Below are positions 24,500 to 37,659 of a DNA stretch of 64,000 nucleotides, one piece after another. The stretch lies in the NCBI RefSeq assembly GCF_009914755.1, contig NC_060925.1; one strand, 5' to 3'. The notes under the pieces are model-generated. The model searched no databases. It was not told where the DNA came from and worked only from the letters and a program-made list of their open reading frames with translations. A program made the position numbers and the translations under genes. Position 1 is the stretch's first letter, and each line of letters opens with the position of its first letter. The DNA comes from the human T2T-CHM13v2.0 reference genome, Homo sapiens.

Positions 24500-25715
24500 C
24501 TGCTTGGGATTCAAGAGCCTATGGAACATCCTTCGAAATATAGCTGGAGGTAGCTAAGTCCCTGCAGCTCTTGAATTATGTTCACCTGAAAAGTTAGCAC
24601 CACAGGATGCTGCCAAGATTTATCACTTGTGCACTTTGGAGTAGTGGTCTGAGCCATACCTGGACCCACTTGAGCCACAGCTGGATTGCCAAGGAACTCT
24701 GCTGTGGAGTGCAGAGAGCTTTGAAATCTTTCTGTCCCCAGGGTCCTGGCATTCTGGGCATGTGATGGTTGGAGCAGCCCTGAAGATCTCAGAAATGCCT
24801 TTGGGATCATTCTTCCATTGTCTTAATATCGCCAGGCTTCTGCCCATTCATACTAGTCTTCTTATTAGAAGGTTTCTTGGCCACATCCTTGGTGTCCTCT
24901 CCTTAACTATCTTTTTTATTTTTTACAGCATAGCCAGGTTGAGAATTTTCCCAATCTTTAATGTCTGCTTCTCTTTTGATTATACATTCTATCTTTTTTT
25001 CCCTTTCTTTTCACATTTTACTGTAAGCAGCCAAGAGTAGCCCGACTACATCCCAACACCTTGCTTAGAGATTTATTCCACCAAATATCTTTTTTCATTG
25101 TTTGTAAGTTCTGCCTTCCACAGAACACTAGGGCATAAATAGAATTTAATGAAGTTCTTTGCCATTTTATAACAGGGCTTTTTTTTCCTTCAGGTTCCAA
25201 TAATATTTTCCTAATTTTGGTCTGAGATCTTATCAGAACAGCCTTTACTGTAAATATTTCTGCCAATATTTTTCTGATCACAATCACTTAGGTAATCTCT
25301 AAGAAGACAAAGGCTTTCTCTACATCTCTTCTCTTCTTCTGAGCCCTCACGGGAATCACCCTTAATACCCTGTTCACAGCAATATAGGCGTTTTTTTGCA
25401 TTAACATCCAAACTCTTCCAGTTTCTACTTACTACTCAATTCCAAAGCTGCTTCCACAACTTTATGTATTTATTAAAGCAGCACTCCACTTCTCAGTATC
25501 AATTTCTGTCTCAGTATGTTCAATCTACTGTAACAAAATGCCTTCGACTAGGTGATTTATAAACAACAGAAATTTATTGCTCACAGTTCTGAAGGCTGGG
25601 AAGTCCAAGATCAAGGCACCAGCAGATTTGACGAGGGCATGTTTTTTCCTTCAAAGATTGTGCCTTTTGCTATGTTTTCACATGGTAGAAGAAAGAGATA
25701 AGCTCCCTCAGGCCT
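24500..25715 (-). mobile_element. MaLR (MST/MLT1A-type) internal segment plus partial LTR (25507-25715)
   Basis: gaagatctcagaaatgcctttggg...; aacaacagaaatttattgctcacagttctgaaggctgggaagtccaagatcaaggcacc. Confidence 0.7.
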
Positions 25716-25997
25716 CAATAAGTCTGCAACAGGGAAAGATAATCCCACACAAAGATGGTAAGCCTGGTACAGGCTGTGTGGGTTGTTTGTCTCTTGGTAA
25801 GGAAGTGTTCCAGGCCCAGTGACCATTGTTTTATAGCCTATTGTGGATCAAAAGACCAACTGAATGAGACTGCCCTTCCCAAAACAAGTACATGTAATAA
25901 ACAAACACAAAGTAAAGTCAATGGTATGTTCTAATATTTAAATTAGCCAAGTGTAAAAAGCAGAACTAACTTTGCAACTTAAATCTTCATATCCAAA

Positions 25998-26284
25998 TAA
26001 TGCTATTCAAAGTATGGTCCAAGGAATAGAGTCAGACTAAGAAATATTTGTTACTCATTGTTGAAAAGATAAGTATAGAAATTGAGAGTAAATGTTTAGA
26101 AACTTTTATGGAAATTCAACAAAGTCATTTTACATCTGTTAATTTAATAGTAAGAAAGAAAGGTCTTGTATGTCCTGTTTCATTTCATTTTTAAAATAAT
26201 ATGTTTCACTGTGTTTTACAAAGTCTACAGTAAATCTGGGAGAAAACACTGGTCTTTCACCTTAGGTAGGTTGAGAAGCACAGA
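25998..26284. mobile_element. hAT-Charlie MITE
   Basis: tgctattcaaagtatggtcc...gaaattgagagtaaatgtttagaaacttttat...ttgagaagcacag. Confidence 0.5.
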
Positions 26285-27052
26285 CATAGAATGTGAGAAG
26301 GGGGACATGGTCAGGTGTAAAGAGTACATGGGTAGAATGTACAGGCCTTTGTGTGTCATGCTACAGTATTTGGATGTGATCTCATAAGAAGGGAAAAAAA
26401 CATGTGTTTATAAACTATTTTTAAGAACTTCTTAGAAAAATTGATCTTGAGAATGTGTCCAAGTTTATTAACATGTTATCAAGGAAATCAGCAAAGTGAT
26501 AAAAAAATATTTAAGAAGTGCAAGTTTCAGAGATGTTATAAATTTGGAGCGGTGACAAATTTAAAAAATAACACTTAAAGAATAATAGTGATTATAGTTT
26601 TATTTGAAAGGTTCATAAAGGCATAATAGCCAAGTAATTTATTTACACAGAGCATCTGTAGCAAAATTATCTGAGATGCCAGATGTGCAGCCATAAAGTC
26701 AGAAGAAAAAAATAAAAGAAGCAAATGAGAGATACAAGGTATCTAAAATTGAAATGACGTGTTTTCACTCTCAAAACTAGCATAAGATATAAAAATGTAT
26801 TTAACAGAGATCTGAAAAAACAATTTCTGATTTCAAAGATGCCATTGCCAGGGGATTTCTTCTACTCTGAGCTATAAACAAAAATGCTGATGACACAGTT
26901 CACTCATTTCTTACTTTAGGACTATTTTACTTTTTTTTTTTTTTGACACATGGAAGAGTTTTTGAGAGTAGCTACAATGTTTGCATCTTAGAAACATAAC
27001 TGAGTCTGCAACATAGAGGTTGATTTGAAGGGTGTCAACAAAGAGACGTCTG

Positions 27053-27192
27053 GGCTGGGTGTTGTGGCTCATGCCAGTAATTCCAGCATTTAGGGAGGTA
27101 GCTGAAAAGATAGCTTGAGCCCAGGCATTCCAGACCTGACGGGGCAACATGGTGAGACTATTCTCCACAAAAAGGAAAAAAGGACAAAAAAC
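27053..27192 (+). mobile_element. Free left Alu monomer (FLAM)
   Basis: Single Alu left arm followed by an A-rich tail. Confidence 0.75.
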
Positions 27193-29554
27193 AGATTTCT
27201 GTAGTAATCAGGGTGCAAATTAAGAAAGGATTGAACTAAAAATAACAGTGGTAAATGTTGCTATACAATTTAACCTAAACTAGAAGTTAAACAATACATT
27301 ATGGAAAAAATGCCAACCTGTATTAAAATCAAGAAGAATTATTCTCTATGAGCTCTACATTAATTCATTCTTGAAACATTACCAAAATAATATAAAGAGT
27401 TACAAAATGGTCTCAGCAGTCACTGTGATGGAATTAGGGAAAGGCTCTGAGCCTGTACTGGGGCCCTTAGTACATCTTACATCAGGACCATCTGTATGGG
27501 AATAGCACTACCATGGAAAAGGTTTGTCTTATGGGCCCCCAAGATAAGAAGTCTGAGAGTATTAATAAAAGAAACAGAAAGTTAAACATTATTGGGATTT
27601 TGCTCTTGTCAAATAAAGAGGCAAATAGAAAGTTGGTAATTATTAAAAGTAATTTTCCAGTTTTTCAGTTTAAGTACTGCCTATGATAAAGATGATGGTC
27701 CCTATTTTAAAGAGAGGTACAGTTTCATCAAAAAAGCTGATAATATTTAATAAATAGGCTGTCAAAATACATACGTCATGGGAAAATAGAGAAAGAACTG
27801 AAGTATATTTTTAAATTTTCAGATAGAAATTAAGGGAATACAAGATGTCAGAAAAGAACTGGTTACTGTAATTAGCATTACTGTAAATTTCTATGTTTGT
27901 CAAGAATATGAGAAAATTTTAGTTTTTTCCCTAAGAAAGAGGCTATTGAAAGATTCCAGTTCAATAACTTAAGACATCTTTGGAAAGAAGAAGAAAAATT
28001 ATAAATTGATAATCATACATTAAAGAGAACATCTAGAGGAGAACACTAGAGTCCAGCAGAGAATTGATGGGAAAGATCTGAGGTACAGAAGGAGAAGAAA
28101 GTGAGTAGCCAGCTTCACTGAGTTGGGCCAGGAGCCCAAAGGGGCTTGGTATAGCACATGCTTTTCAGAGCCCGAAAGCTCCCTGTCTAGAGCTTTGAGA
28201 AGTGATCCTGACCTTAGCAGCAGCACAAACTCTGTCCTTAGCATTGCAAGGGAAGAACAAAATCCCCTCTCACTGGCAGAGTGACCTCTGTGCTTGGCTT
28301 CATGAACAGAGAATGAAGCCCTTCTGCCCCTCCACACATCCTCTCTTTCTGTTACCAGAGACTGGAACAAATGAGCCAGGAGGCTACCTGTCTGGGGGAA
28401 TGAGTCACAGCTACGACTCCACTAGCAGCACAGGCTCCACAGCTGGGATTTTCCCCTCTTCATGGTGCTGTAGTGCTGCTGCTACAGGGAGCAAGAGAGA
28501 TTGAAAGCAGTGTGTCTCGGGGTGTTGGGGACTACCCCATACCACAGACACCACCAACACTAGCCCACATTATTTGGGACCTAAAGAGTCATTCCACTAC
28601 TGCTATTGCCATGGCCCTTACCATGCTGGCTGCCCAGAAACCTGAGAACCTGCTCACCTACCTGGCTCACTGCTACCACTATAGTCATCCAAGCAAGCCA
28701 CTTGGGGGCTCAAGAATCAGCCCACTGGTAACCGCCAACACAGGTGCCAGGGTACACCACCCTGGGGCACAAAGATAGGCATGCACAGCCCGCTGCTGCT
28801 ACTACTGAAGCCTGAAGACTGACCCTCCTGGCTTCCTAGTCCCCAGCACAACGTCACCACAACCTCCACTAATAACTAAAACCTAACCCTGATAGGAAAC
28901 CACAGATACCCCTAGCATTGTTTAGAGCCAAAGATATGCAGAGACTATACTACTGCATACACCCAGAGTCAAATCCAAACTGCCCAGACCAATCGATAGA
29001 TATGTCTTCAGGAAAAAGTTGTCTCTACAAAAGTAAATTCAAAAAATAAAAGAAAGCAACTGTTACATCAGATGTGCAGATATCAATGTAAGGACACAAT
29101 AAACATGAAAAAGCAAGAAAATACGACACCTTCAAGGGAATGCAATCATTCTCTAGCAATAAGTATTAATAAAAACATCTCAGAAATCTCAGATAAATAA
29201 TTTAAACATTGATTTTAAAGAGGATCACTGAGATAAAAGAAAATTCTGAAAAATATTACTGAGAAGTCAAAAAAATAGTTTATCGATGGGAAATTTGCCA
29301 AATACATAGATATTTTTAAAAAGAACCAAACAAAAATCTTGGAACTAAAAAATTCATTGAAGAAAATGCAAAATACATTTGAAATCTTCAGGAATAAATG
29401 AGATGAGGCAGAAAAAAATATCAGAACTTTAAGAAAAGTCTTTGAAACAACTCAGACAAAGTTAAAGAAAAAGAGTTAAAAAGATGAGCAAAGCGTTTAT
29501 TACATTTGGGAGTAAATAAAGTGACCAAATATATGGCTTATCACTATCCCCAAG

Positions 29555-29918
29555 TATATTAGTCAGTTCTCACACTGTTAATAAAGACTTGCCTGAAACT
29601 GGGTAATCTATAAAGAAAAAGAGGTTTAATGGATTCATAGTTCCACATGTGGGGGAGGCCTCGCAAACATGACAGAAGGCAAAGGAGAAACAAAGGCATG
29701 TCTTACATGGTGACAGGCAAGAGAGCTTGTGCAGGGGAACTGCTGTTTATAAAACCATCAGATCTTGTGAGGCTTATTCACTATCATGAGACCAGCACAG
29801 GAAAAACCTGCTCCCATGATTCAATTACCTCCCACTGGGTCCCTCCCTCAACACATGGGGATTATGGGAACTACAATTCAAGATGAGATTTGGGTGGGGA
29901 CACTACCAAACCATATCA
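29555..29918 (-). mobile_element. THE1 solo LTR
   Basis: tatattagtcagttctcacactg...gatgagatttgggtggggacac...ccatatca; flanks ccaag/ctgag, both CpG-decay products of ccgag. Confidence 0.9.
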
Positions 29919-30223
29919 CTGAGAGTGAAAAGAAAATGAAAGAATTAGAAAATCTATTTATTATTTATAAATAGTATAAATTATTATTTATGACTGGTAT
30001 AAAATTAGAAAACCTATTTATTTTTGTAAAATAATAGGTGAAAATCTCTGAAGTATAGAAAGAAATTTAAACATTCAAGTATAGGGTTCAATTATCCCCA
30101 GCCAGGTACACGACAAAAAGGTCTTCTTCATGGCACATTACAATCAGACCATCTAAGGGAAATGATAAAGAGCAAATCCCCCAAACAGCAGAAGTCTCTA
30201 GTCACTCATAAAGGAAACTGTAT

Positions 30224-31810
30224 TGTGTCCGGAACTGGTAGGTTCTTGGTCTCACTGACTTCAAGAATGAAGCCGCGGACCCTCGCGGTGAGTGTTACAG
30301 TTCTTAAAGGCGGCGTGTCTGGAGTTTGTTCCTTCTGATGTTCAGATGTGTTCGGAGTTTCTTCCTTCTGGTGGGTTCGTGGTCTCGCTGGCTCAGGAGT
30401 GAAGCTTCAGACCTTCGCAATGAGTGTTACAGCTCTTAGGGCAGCGCATCTAGAGTTGTTCGTTCCTCCCGGTGGGCTCGTGGTCTCGCTGGCTTCAGGA
30501 GTGAAGCTGCAGACCTTCCTGGTGAGTGTTACAGCTCGTAAAGGCAGTGTGGACCCAAAGAGTGAGCAGTATTAAGATTGATTGCAAAGAGCGAAAGAAC
30601 AAAGCTTCCACAATATGGAAGGGGACCCGAGTGGGTTGCCACTGCTGGCTCCAGGCAGCCTGCTTTTATTCTCTTATCTGGCCCCACCCACATGCTGCTG
30701 ATGGTAGAGCCAAGTGGTCTCTTTTGACAGGGTGCTGATTGGTGCGTTTACAATCCCTGAGCTAGACACAAAGGTTCTCCACCTCCCCACCAGATTAGCT
30801 AGATACAGAGTGTGGACACAAAGGTTCTCCAAGTCCCCACCAGAGTAGCTAGATACAGTGTGTCAATTGGTGCATTCACAAACCCTGAGCTAGACACAGG
30901 GTGCTAATTGGTGTGTTTACAAACCTTGAGCTAGATACAGAGTGCTGATTGGTGTATTTACAATCCCTGAGCTAGACATAAAGGTTCTCCAAGGCCCCAC
31001 CAGAGTAGCTAGATACAGAATGTCCATTGGTGCATTCACAAACCCTGAGCTAGACACAGGGTGCTGATTGGTGTGTTTACAAACCTTGAGCTAGATACAG
31101 AGTACCGATTGGTGTATTTACAATCCCTGAGCTAGACATAAAGATTCTCCACGTCCCCACCAGACTCAGGAGCCCAGCTGGCTTCACCCAGTGGATACCG
31201 CACCTGGGCTGCAGGTGCAGCTGCCTGCTAGCCCGCACCCTGTGCCCACACTCCTCAGCCCTTGGGTGGTCGATGGGACTGTGCGCAGTGGAGCAGGAGG
31301 TGGTGCTCGTCAGGGAGGCTCGGGCCGCACAGGAGCCCATGGAGGGGGTGGGAGGCTCAGGCATGGCTGGCTGCAGGTCCCGAGCCTTGCCCCTCGGGAA
31401 GGCAGCTAAGGTCGGGTGAGAAATCCAGCGCAGCGCAGTGAGCCGGCACTGCTGGGGGACCCAGTACACCCTCCGCAGCCGCTGGCCCGGGTGCTAAGCC
31501 CCTCATTGCAGGGGAGGGGGGGCCACCAAGTCCACGCCCACCCCGAACCCCAGCTGGCCTGCAAGCGTGTGCGGCGCCCGGTTCCCGCTCGCGCCTCTCC
31601 CTCCACACCTCCCTGCAAGCTGAGGGAGCTGGCTCTGGCCTTGGCCAGCCCAGAAAGGGGCTCCCACAGTGCAGTGGTGGGCTGAAGGGCTCCACAGTGC
31701 AGTGGTGGGCTGAAGGGCTCCTCAAGTGCTGCCAAATTGGGAGCCCAGGCAGAGGAGGCGCCAAGAGCGAGCGAGTGCTGTAAGGACTGCCAGCACGCTG
31801 TCACCTCTCA
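30224..31810 (-). mobile_element. Solo LTR12 (LTR12C-like)
   Basis: tgtgtccggaactggtagg...gcacgctgtcacctctca; expanded enhancer repeats. Confidence 0.95.
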
Positions 31811-34800
31811 CTGTCAGGTTAACAGTAGATTTATGAGCAGAAATCTCACAGGTCAGAAGAGAATACAAAGTGTGAAAGAAAAAAAGAAAAACCATGCCAG
31901 CCAGGGAAACTATACCAAGCAAAATTATTCTGCATAAATGAAGGAGAAATACTCTTTCCTAGAAAAGCAAATATTGAGGAAAATTTGTTAACACTAGGCA
32001 TGTCCTATAAGAAATGCTCCAGGGATTAAAGCCTATAACAAGTTAACAAAAAAAAAAAATGCTCAACTGAGTACTAAACCTGGAAGTGAAAGGAGCACAT
32101 TTACCATCATGAAAACACACAAAAGTATAAAATACACTGGTAAAGCAATCATACAAAAGAGGAAGAGAAAGGACTCAAACGGTACCAATCTAGAAATCCA
32201 CCAAACCACAATGACAAACAAGGAAAAAATAAAGGAATGAAGAATATACAAACCACCAGAAAATAATTTATAATGTGACAGGAATAAAGCCTCACATGTC
32301 AATGATAATTTTGAATTTAAATAGATTAAATTCTACACTTATGAGATATAGAATGGCTAAATGGATAAAATTACATAATCCAATTATATGCTGCTTACAA
32401 AAATCTCACCTTACTGGTAAATACACATAAAGATAGAAACTAAAAGAATGTAAAAAGATAAGCCACACAAATGGAAACCAAATACTAGTAGGAGAAGGTA
32501 TTCTTATATCCAGTAAAACAAACTTTTAGTCAAGAACACTAGAAAAAGACAAATAATATAATGATAATCAATCCAGCAAGAAGATATAACAATTTTGAAA
32601 ATATGTGCATGCAACATTGGATCACCCAGATCCATAAAGCCAATATTACTAAATCAGAAGGGAGAGATTTAGTGCAATACAATAATAGTGAAAACTTCAA
32701 CCCCTGACTCTCAGCATTAAATATATCATATAGCAAGAAAATCAACAAAGAAACAATAGCTTTACATCAGACTTTAGGCCAATGGGCCTAAGAGATGTTT
32801 ACAGAACAGGTCACCTGACTGCTGCAGAATACAGGTTCTTTTCATTAGCACATGGAATATTCTCCATGGTAGACCATATATTAGACCACAAAACAAGTCT
32901 CAACAAATTAAAAATAATCAAAATTATATCAAGCATCTTCTCATGCCACGTTGGAATGAAACCAGAAATCAATACTAAGATAAGCTTTGGAAACTATACA
33001 AATACACGAAAATTAAAGAACATGCTCCTGAATGACCACTGGGTCAATGAATAAATTAACATGGAAATAAAAAAATTTCTTGAAATAACTGAAAATGGAA
33101 ACAGAACATACCAAAACCTGTGGGGCACAGCAAAAGTAGTATTGAGGGAAGTTTATAGCAAGAAATGTCCAAATCAAAAGAGTAGAAATATTACAAATTA
33201 ATCAAGCAACACAACACAGAGAACTAAAAAAGATCTAATTAAACCCCAAATTAGCAGAACAAAAATAATAGAGATTAAAGCAAAATAAAATCAAATAGAG
33301 GCTGCCCAAAATACAGAAGACCAATGAAATGAAAAATTGCTTCTTTGAAAAGATAAGCAAAATGGGTAAACCACTAGATAGACTAACCAGGAAAAGAAGA
33401 GAGAAGATTCAAAGAAACAAAATCAAAAATGAAAATGGAGACATTAAAATGAATATCACAAAAATACAAAAGATCATCAGAGATTATTATGAACATCTAT
33501 ATGCTGACAAACAGGAAAACCTAGAGGAAATAGAGAATTCCTGGAAATACACAGGCAACTGAGATTGAATCAGGAAGAAATAGTAAACCAGAGTAGATCA
33601 ATAATGAGTAGTAGATTGAATCAGGAATAAAAGATCTTCCAACAAAGAAAAACTGAATTGCATGGATTCGCAGCTGAATTGTGCCAAATGTAAAAAGAAG
33701 AACTAAAACCAATTTCTGCCATTATTCCAAAAAATTGAAGAGGAGAGAATTCTCCCTAGTCATTCAATGAGGCCAGCATCTCCCTGATACCCAAACTAGA
33801 AAAGGATACAACAAAAAACAAAACTATAGACCAATATCTCTAATGAACATAGTCATAAAAATTCTCAAGAACAAAACTAGCAAACAAAACTCAATAGCAC
33901 ATCCAAAAGGTAATCAAAAGTGGGTAATAAATTCCACTGCTATCAAGTGGGATTTATATCAGAGATGCAAAGTTAGTTCAACATACACAACTGAATAAAC
34001 ATGATACAACATATCAACAAACTGAAAACCATACAATCATCCCAGTAGATACAGAGAAATCATATGATAAAATTCAACACTCTTTTATGATAGAAACTCT
34101 CTACAAACCAAGCATAGAAGGAACTACCCCAAAATAATAAAAGCCGTATATGACAAACTCACAGGTAACATCATATTGAATGAAGAAAAGTTGAAAACAT
34201 TCCAAGAACTTGAACAAGACAATGATGCCCATTTTCACAACTCCTATTCAACGTAGTACTAGAGGCCCTAGCCAGAGAAAATCAGGCAAGGAAAAGAAGT
34301 AAAAGGTATTCAAAATGGAAAAGAGGAAGTCAAATTGTTTCTCTTTGCTCTTAATATGATCTTATATCTGGAAAAACTTAAAGACTCCACCAAGAAACTC
34401 ATTAGTTTGGTAAATACATTCAGTAATAACGCAGGATACAAAATGAAGATATGAAATTAGTAGCATTTCTATGCACCAATAATGATTTAACCAAGAAAGA
34501 AATCAAGAAAGCCACCCCATTTACAATAGCTAGAAAAACAATGAAATACTTAACAAATAACTTTAGCCAAGAAGGTGAAAGATCTCTACAGTGAAAACTC
34601 TAAAACGCTAATGAAAGAAATTGTAGGTGACACAAACAAATTGAAAAATATCCTATTTTCACATATCAGAAGGATTAATATCCTTAAAATAACCATATTG
34701 CCCCAAATAATCTACAGATTCAATGCAATCTTTGTGAAAATACAAATGTCATTCTTTATAGTATCAGAGAAAACAATCCTAACATTCATATGGATCCAAA

Positions 34801-37659
34801 AAAGAGCCTAAATTGCTGAAGCAAGCCTGACTGGAGGCATCACATTATGTGACTTCAAAATGTATCACAAGGCTATCATAATGAAAAACAGCATGAAATT
34901 TTTATAAATATATAAACACAGACCAGTGGAGCTAATAAAAAAACTCAGAACTAAAGGCATATGTTAATAGCAAACTAATCTTCTACAAACCTGACAAGAA
35001 CTTACATTGGGGAAAAGACACCCTATTCAATAAATGGTGCTGAGAAAATTGGATAGCCACATGTGGAAAAATAAAACTGGATCACTGTCTCTCATCTTAT
35101 TAAAACAACTCAAGATGGGGATTAAAGACTTAAACATAAACCCCAAAACTATAAAAATACTAGAGAAAACTCTCCTGTACATTGGTTTAGGCAAATAATT
35201 TATCACTAAGACCTTAAATGCACAGGTGACAAAAATAAAAATAGACACATGGGACTATATTAAACTAAAGAGATTCTGCATAGAAAAAGAAATAACAAAG
35301 TGTAGAGACAATCTGTTAAATGGGAGAAAATATTTGCAATCTACTCATCTGGCAGGGGACTAATATCCAGAATATACAAGGAACTCAAACAACTCAACAG
35401 GCAAAAGAAAATAATCTCATGAAAAAGTGGGCAAAGAACATGAATAGACATTTTTCAAAAGAAGACATACAAATGGGTAACAGGATTTGAAAAAAAAGTT
35501 TAACATCACCAATCACCAGAAAAATGCAAATCAAAACCGCAGTGGACACAATCTTATCCCATTCAGAATTGCTATTATTAAGAAGTAAAACAAACAAATA
35601 AAAAACAGATGTTGACAAAGATATGGAGAAAAAGGAACTCTCATATACTGCTGGTGGGAATGTAAACTAGCACTCGAGCTATGAAAACAATATGAAGATT
35701 TCTCAAAAAATAACAATAGAATTACTGTTCGATCTAGAAATCCCACTATGGGTATCTACCCAGAGGAATAGAAACCAATATATCAAAGGGATACATGAAC
35801 TTGCATGTTTCTTGCAGCATTATTCACAATAGCTAAGATATGGAATCAACCTAAACATCCATCAATGGATGAATGGATAAAGAAAATGTGATATGTATAC
35901 ACAAAATGGAATACTGTTTGGCCCTGAAAAAGAATGATATTATGTCATTTGCAGCAAGATGGATGGAACTGGAGATCATCCTAAGTGAAATAATTCAGGC
36001 ACAAAAAGACAAATATCACATGTTATCACTTATATCACTTATATCACTAAAAAATTTGATCACATTGAGATGGAGAGGGGAAAGATTGATGAGAGACTAG
36101 GAAGGGTGAGCTGGAGGAAGAAGCAGGATAAAGGGAGGAGTTCTAAAGGGTGCAAACATAACAGTAAGATAGAAGAAACAAATTCAATGTTTGATGGCAG
36201 GGTAGAGTGCTTATACTTAACATTTTTGTAACAAAAATGCTATAAAAATGTTTTATATTCAGGTGATCAACACCCTAAATACAAAACCTGTGGGGGACAG
36301 CAAAAGTAGTGTTGAGAGAAGTTTATAGCAAGAAATGTCTAAATCAAAAGAGTAGAAATATTACAAATTAATCAAGCAACACAACACAAAGAACCAAAAG
36401 AGATCTAATTAAACCCTAAATTAGCAGAACAAAAATAATAGAGATTAAAGCAAAATAAAATCAAATAGAGGCTGCCCAAAATACAGAAGACCATACAAAT
36501 GGCTAATATGATTTGAAAAAAATGCTCAATGTCACTAATCACCAGATAAATGCAAATCAAAACCGTAATGGACACAATCTTATCCCATTCAGAATGGCTA
36601 TTATTAAAAAGTAAAACAAACAAATAAACAAAAACAGATGTTGACAAAGATATGGAAAAAAAGGAACTCTCATATACTGCTGGTGGGAATGTAAACTAGC
36701 ACGCACACTATGAAAACAATATGAAGATTTCTCAAAAAATAAAAATAAAATTACTGTTTGACCTAGAAATCCCACTACTGGGTATCTACTCAGAGGAATA
36801 GAAACTAATATGTCAAAGGGATACCTGAACTTGCATGTTTATTGCAGCATTATTCACAATAGCTAAGATATGGAATCAACCTAAACATCCATCAATGGAC
36901 TTGATTACTATGCATTCTATACATGTAACAAAATTTCACATGTACCTCATACATATGTAGAAACAAAAAATATGGTGGCTAGATTTACAATTCTAAAATA
37001 ATCATCGCCCAATCAGTGTATCCCTCACCCAGGAAATAAACTTTTCGTGTCTGGATTAATCTCTTAGCTACATGGAACTTTATTCTAAAATAATTTTTAT
37101 CTCATAGAAAGTTGCCTATCATCTTGATTCGGAAAACATAACAGCTTTCTCTCTTAATTTCTCTATCTAAATTTGCCTGAAATTAGTAAATGTTTGAAGT
37201 GAACCGTGCCAGAAATGTAGACTTATATATGTGTTCTTCTTTGAAAACATTGTTGAGGGCTGCTTAATTTTGAATTAGGGGTAGGGATTCTCAACTTTCC
37301 ATTTAAAAGGTGATCATTTGGAATAAAAGAAAACTGTTTATTTGGTCCTCACCTTGGTCTTGTTTTAAGAAATAGTATAACTCTCTGTAGGTCTTTATTT
37401 GCTTATTCATAAAATAAGGCCACCTGGTACATTATCTTTATCTTACAAACAAATACAAACAAAAAAAAAAACCCTTTCATTTTTCTGAGAGTAGAAATAC
37501 AGGCCCTATGAACATGTGGTATTTATGCTGCGGTAAAAAAGCCATGCAATGTTTTTACTGTCAAGATACTGGGTTAATCTCTAATAATCCAGTTGTTGCT
37601 TCTGATTGGGTGCCAAATGTTTTGTTAGAAATTGTAGAGGGATTACAGAAAGGAGATAA

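Larger units (their letters stand above)
20822..25886 (-). mobile_element. Degenerate class III (ERVL/HERVS-like) provirus: 3' LTR 20822-21409, env ~21450-22400, pol ~23600-24500, 5' LTR remnant 25721-25886
   Basis: Minus-strand translations: integrase QIDHIKP...WCLATIDTYSGCG, RNase H-like TIKGLPVCGQELWQH, env TM NSLAKGVMDN*IALSYLLAEQGVSCVMANTTCY; purine tract before TGTAAGGAAAG; 25721-25886 resembles 21245-21409. Confidence 0.75.
28030..36971 (+). mobile_element. Near-full-length, heavily decayed old L1 (L1MA/L1PB-type): 5' UTR, ORF1, ORF2, 3' UTR; hosts THE1 and LTR12
   Basis: ORF1-like sequence from ~29100; endonuclease fragment ...FFSLAHGIFSMVDHILDHKTSLNK; RT region; 3' UTR ending catgtaacaaaatttcacatgtacc. 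Confidence 0.85.

Noticed and set aside
30730-31140. Regularly spaced repeats resembling a CRISPR-like array (also 5700-5990)
   Set aside because: These are the known tandem enhancer units of LTR12; the spacers repeat rather than being unique, and the context is eukaryotic.
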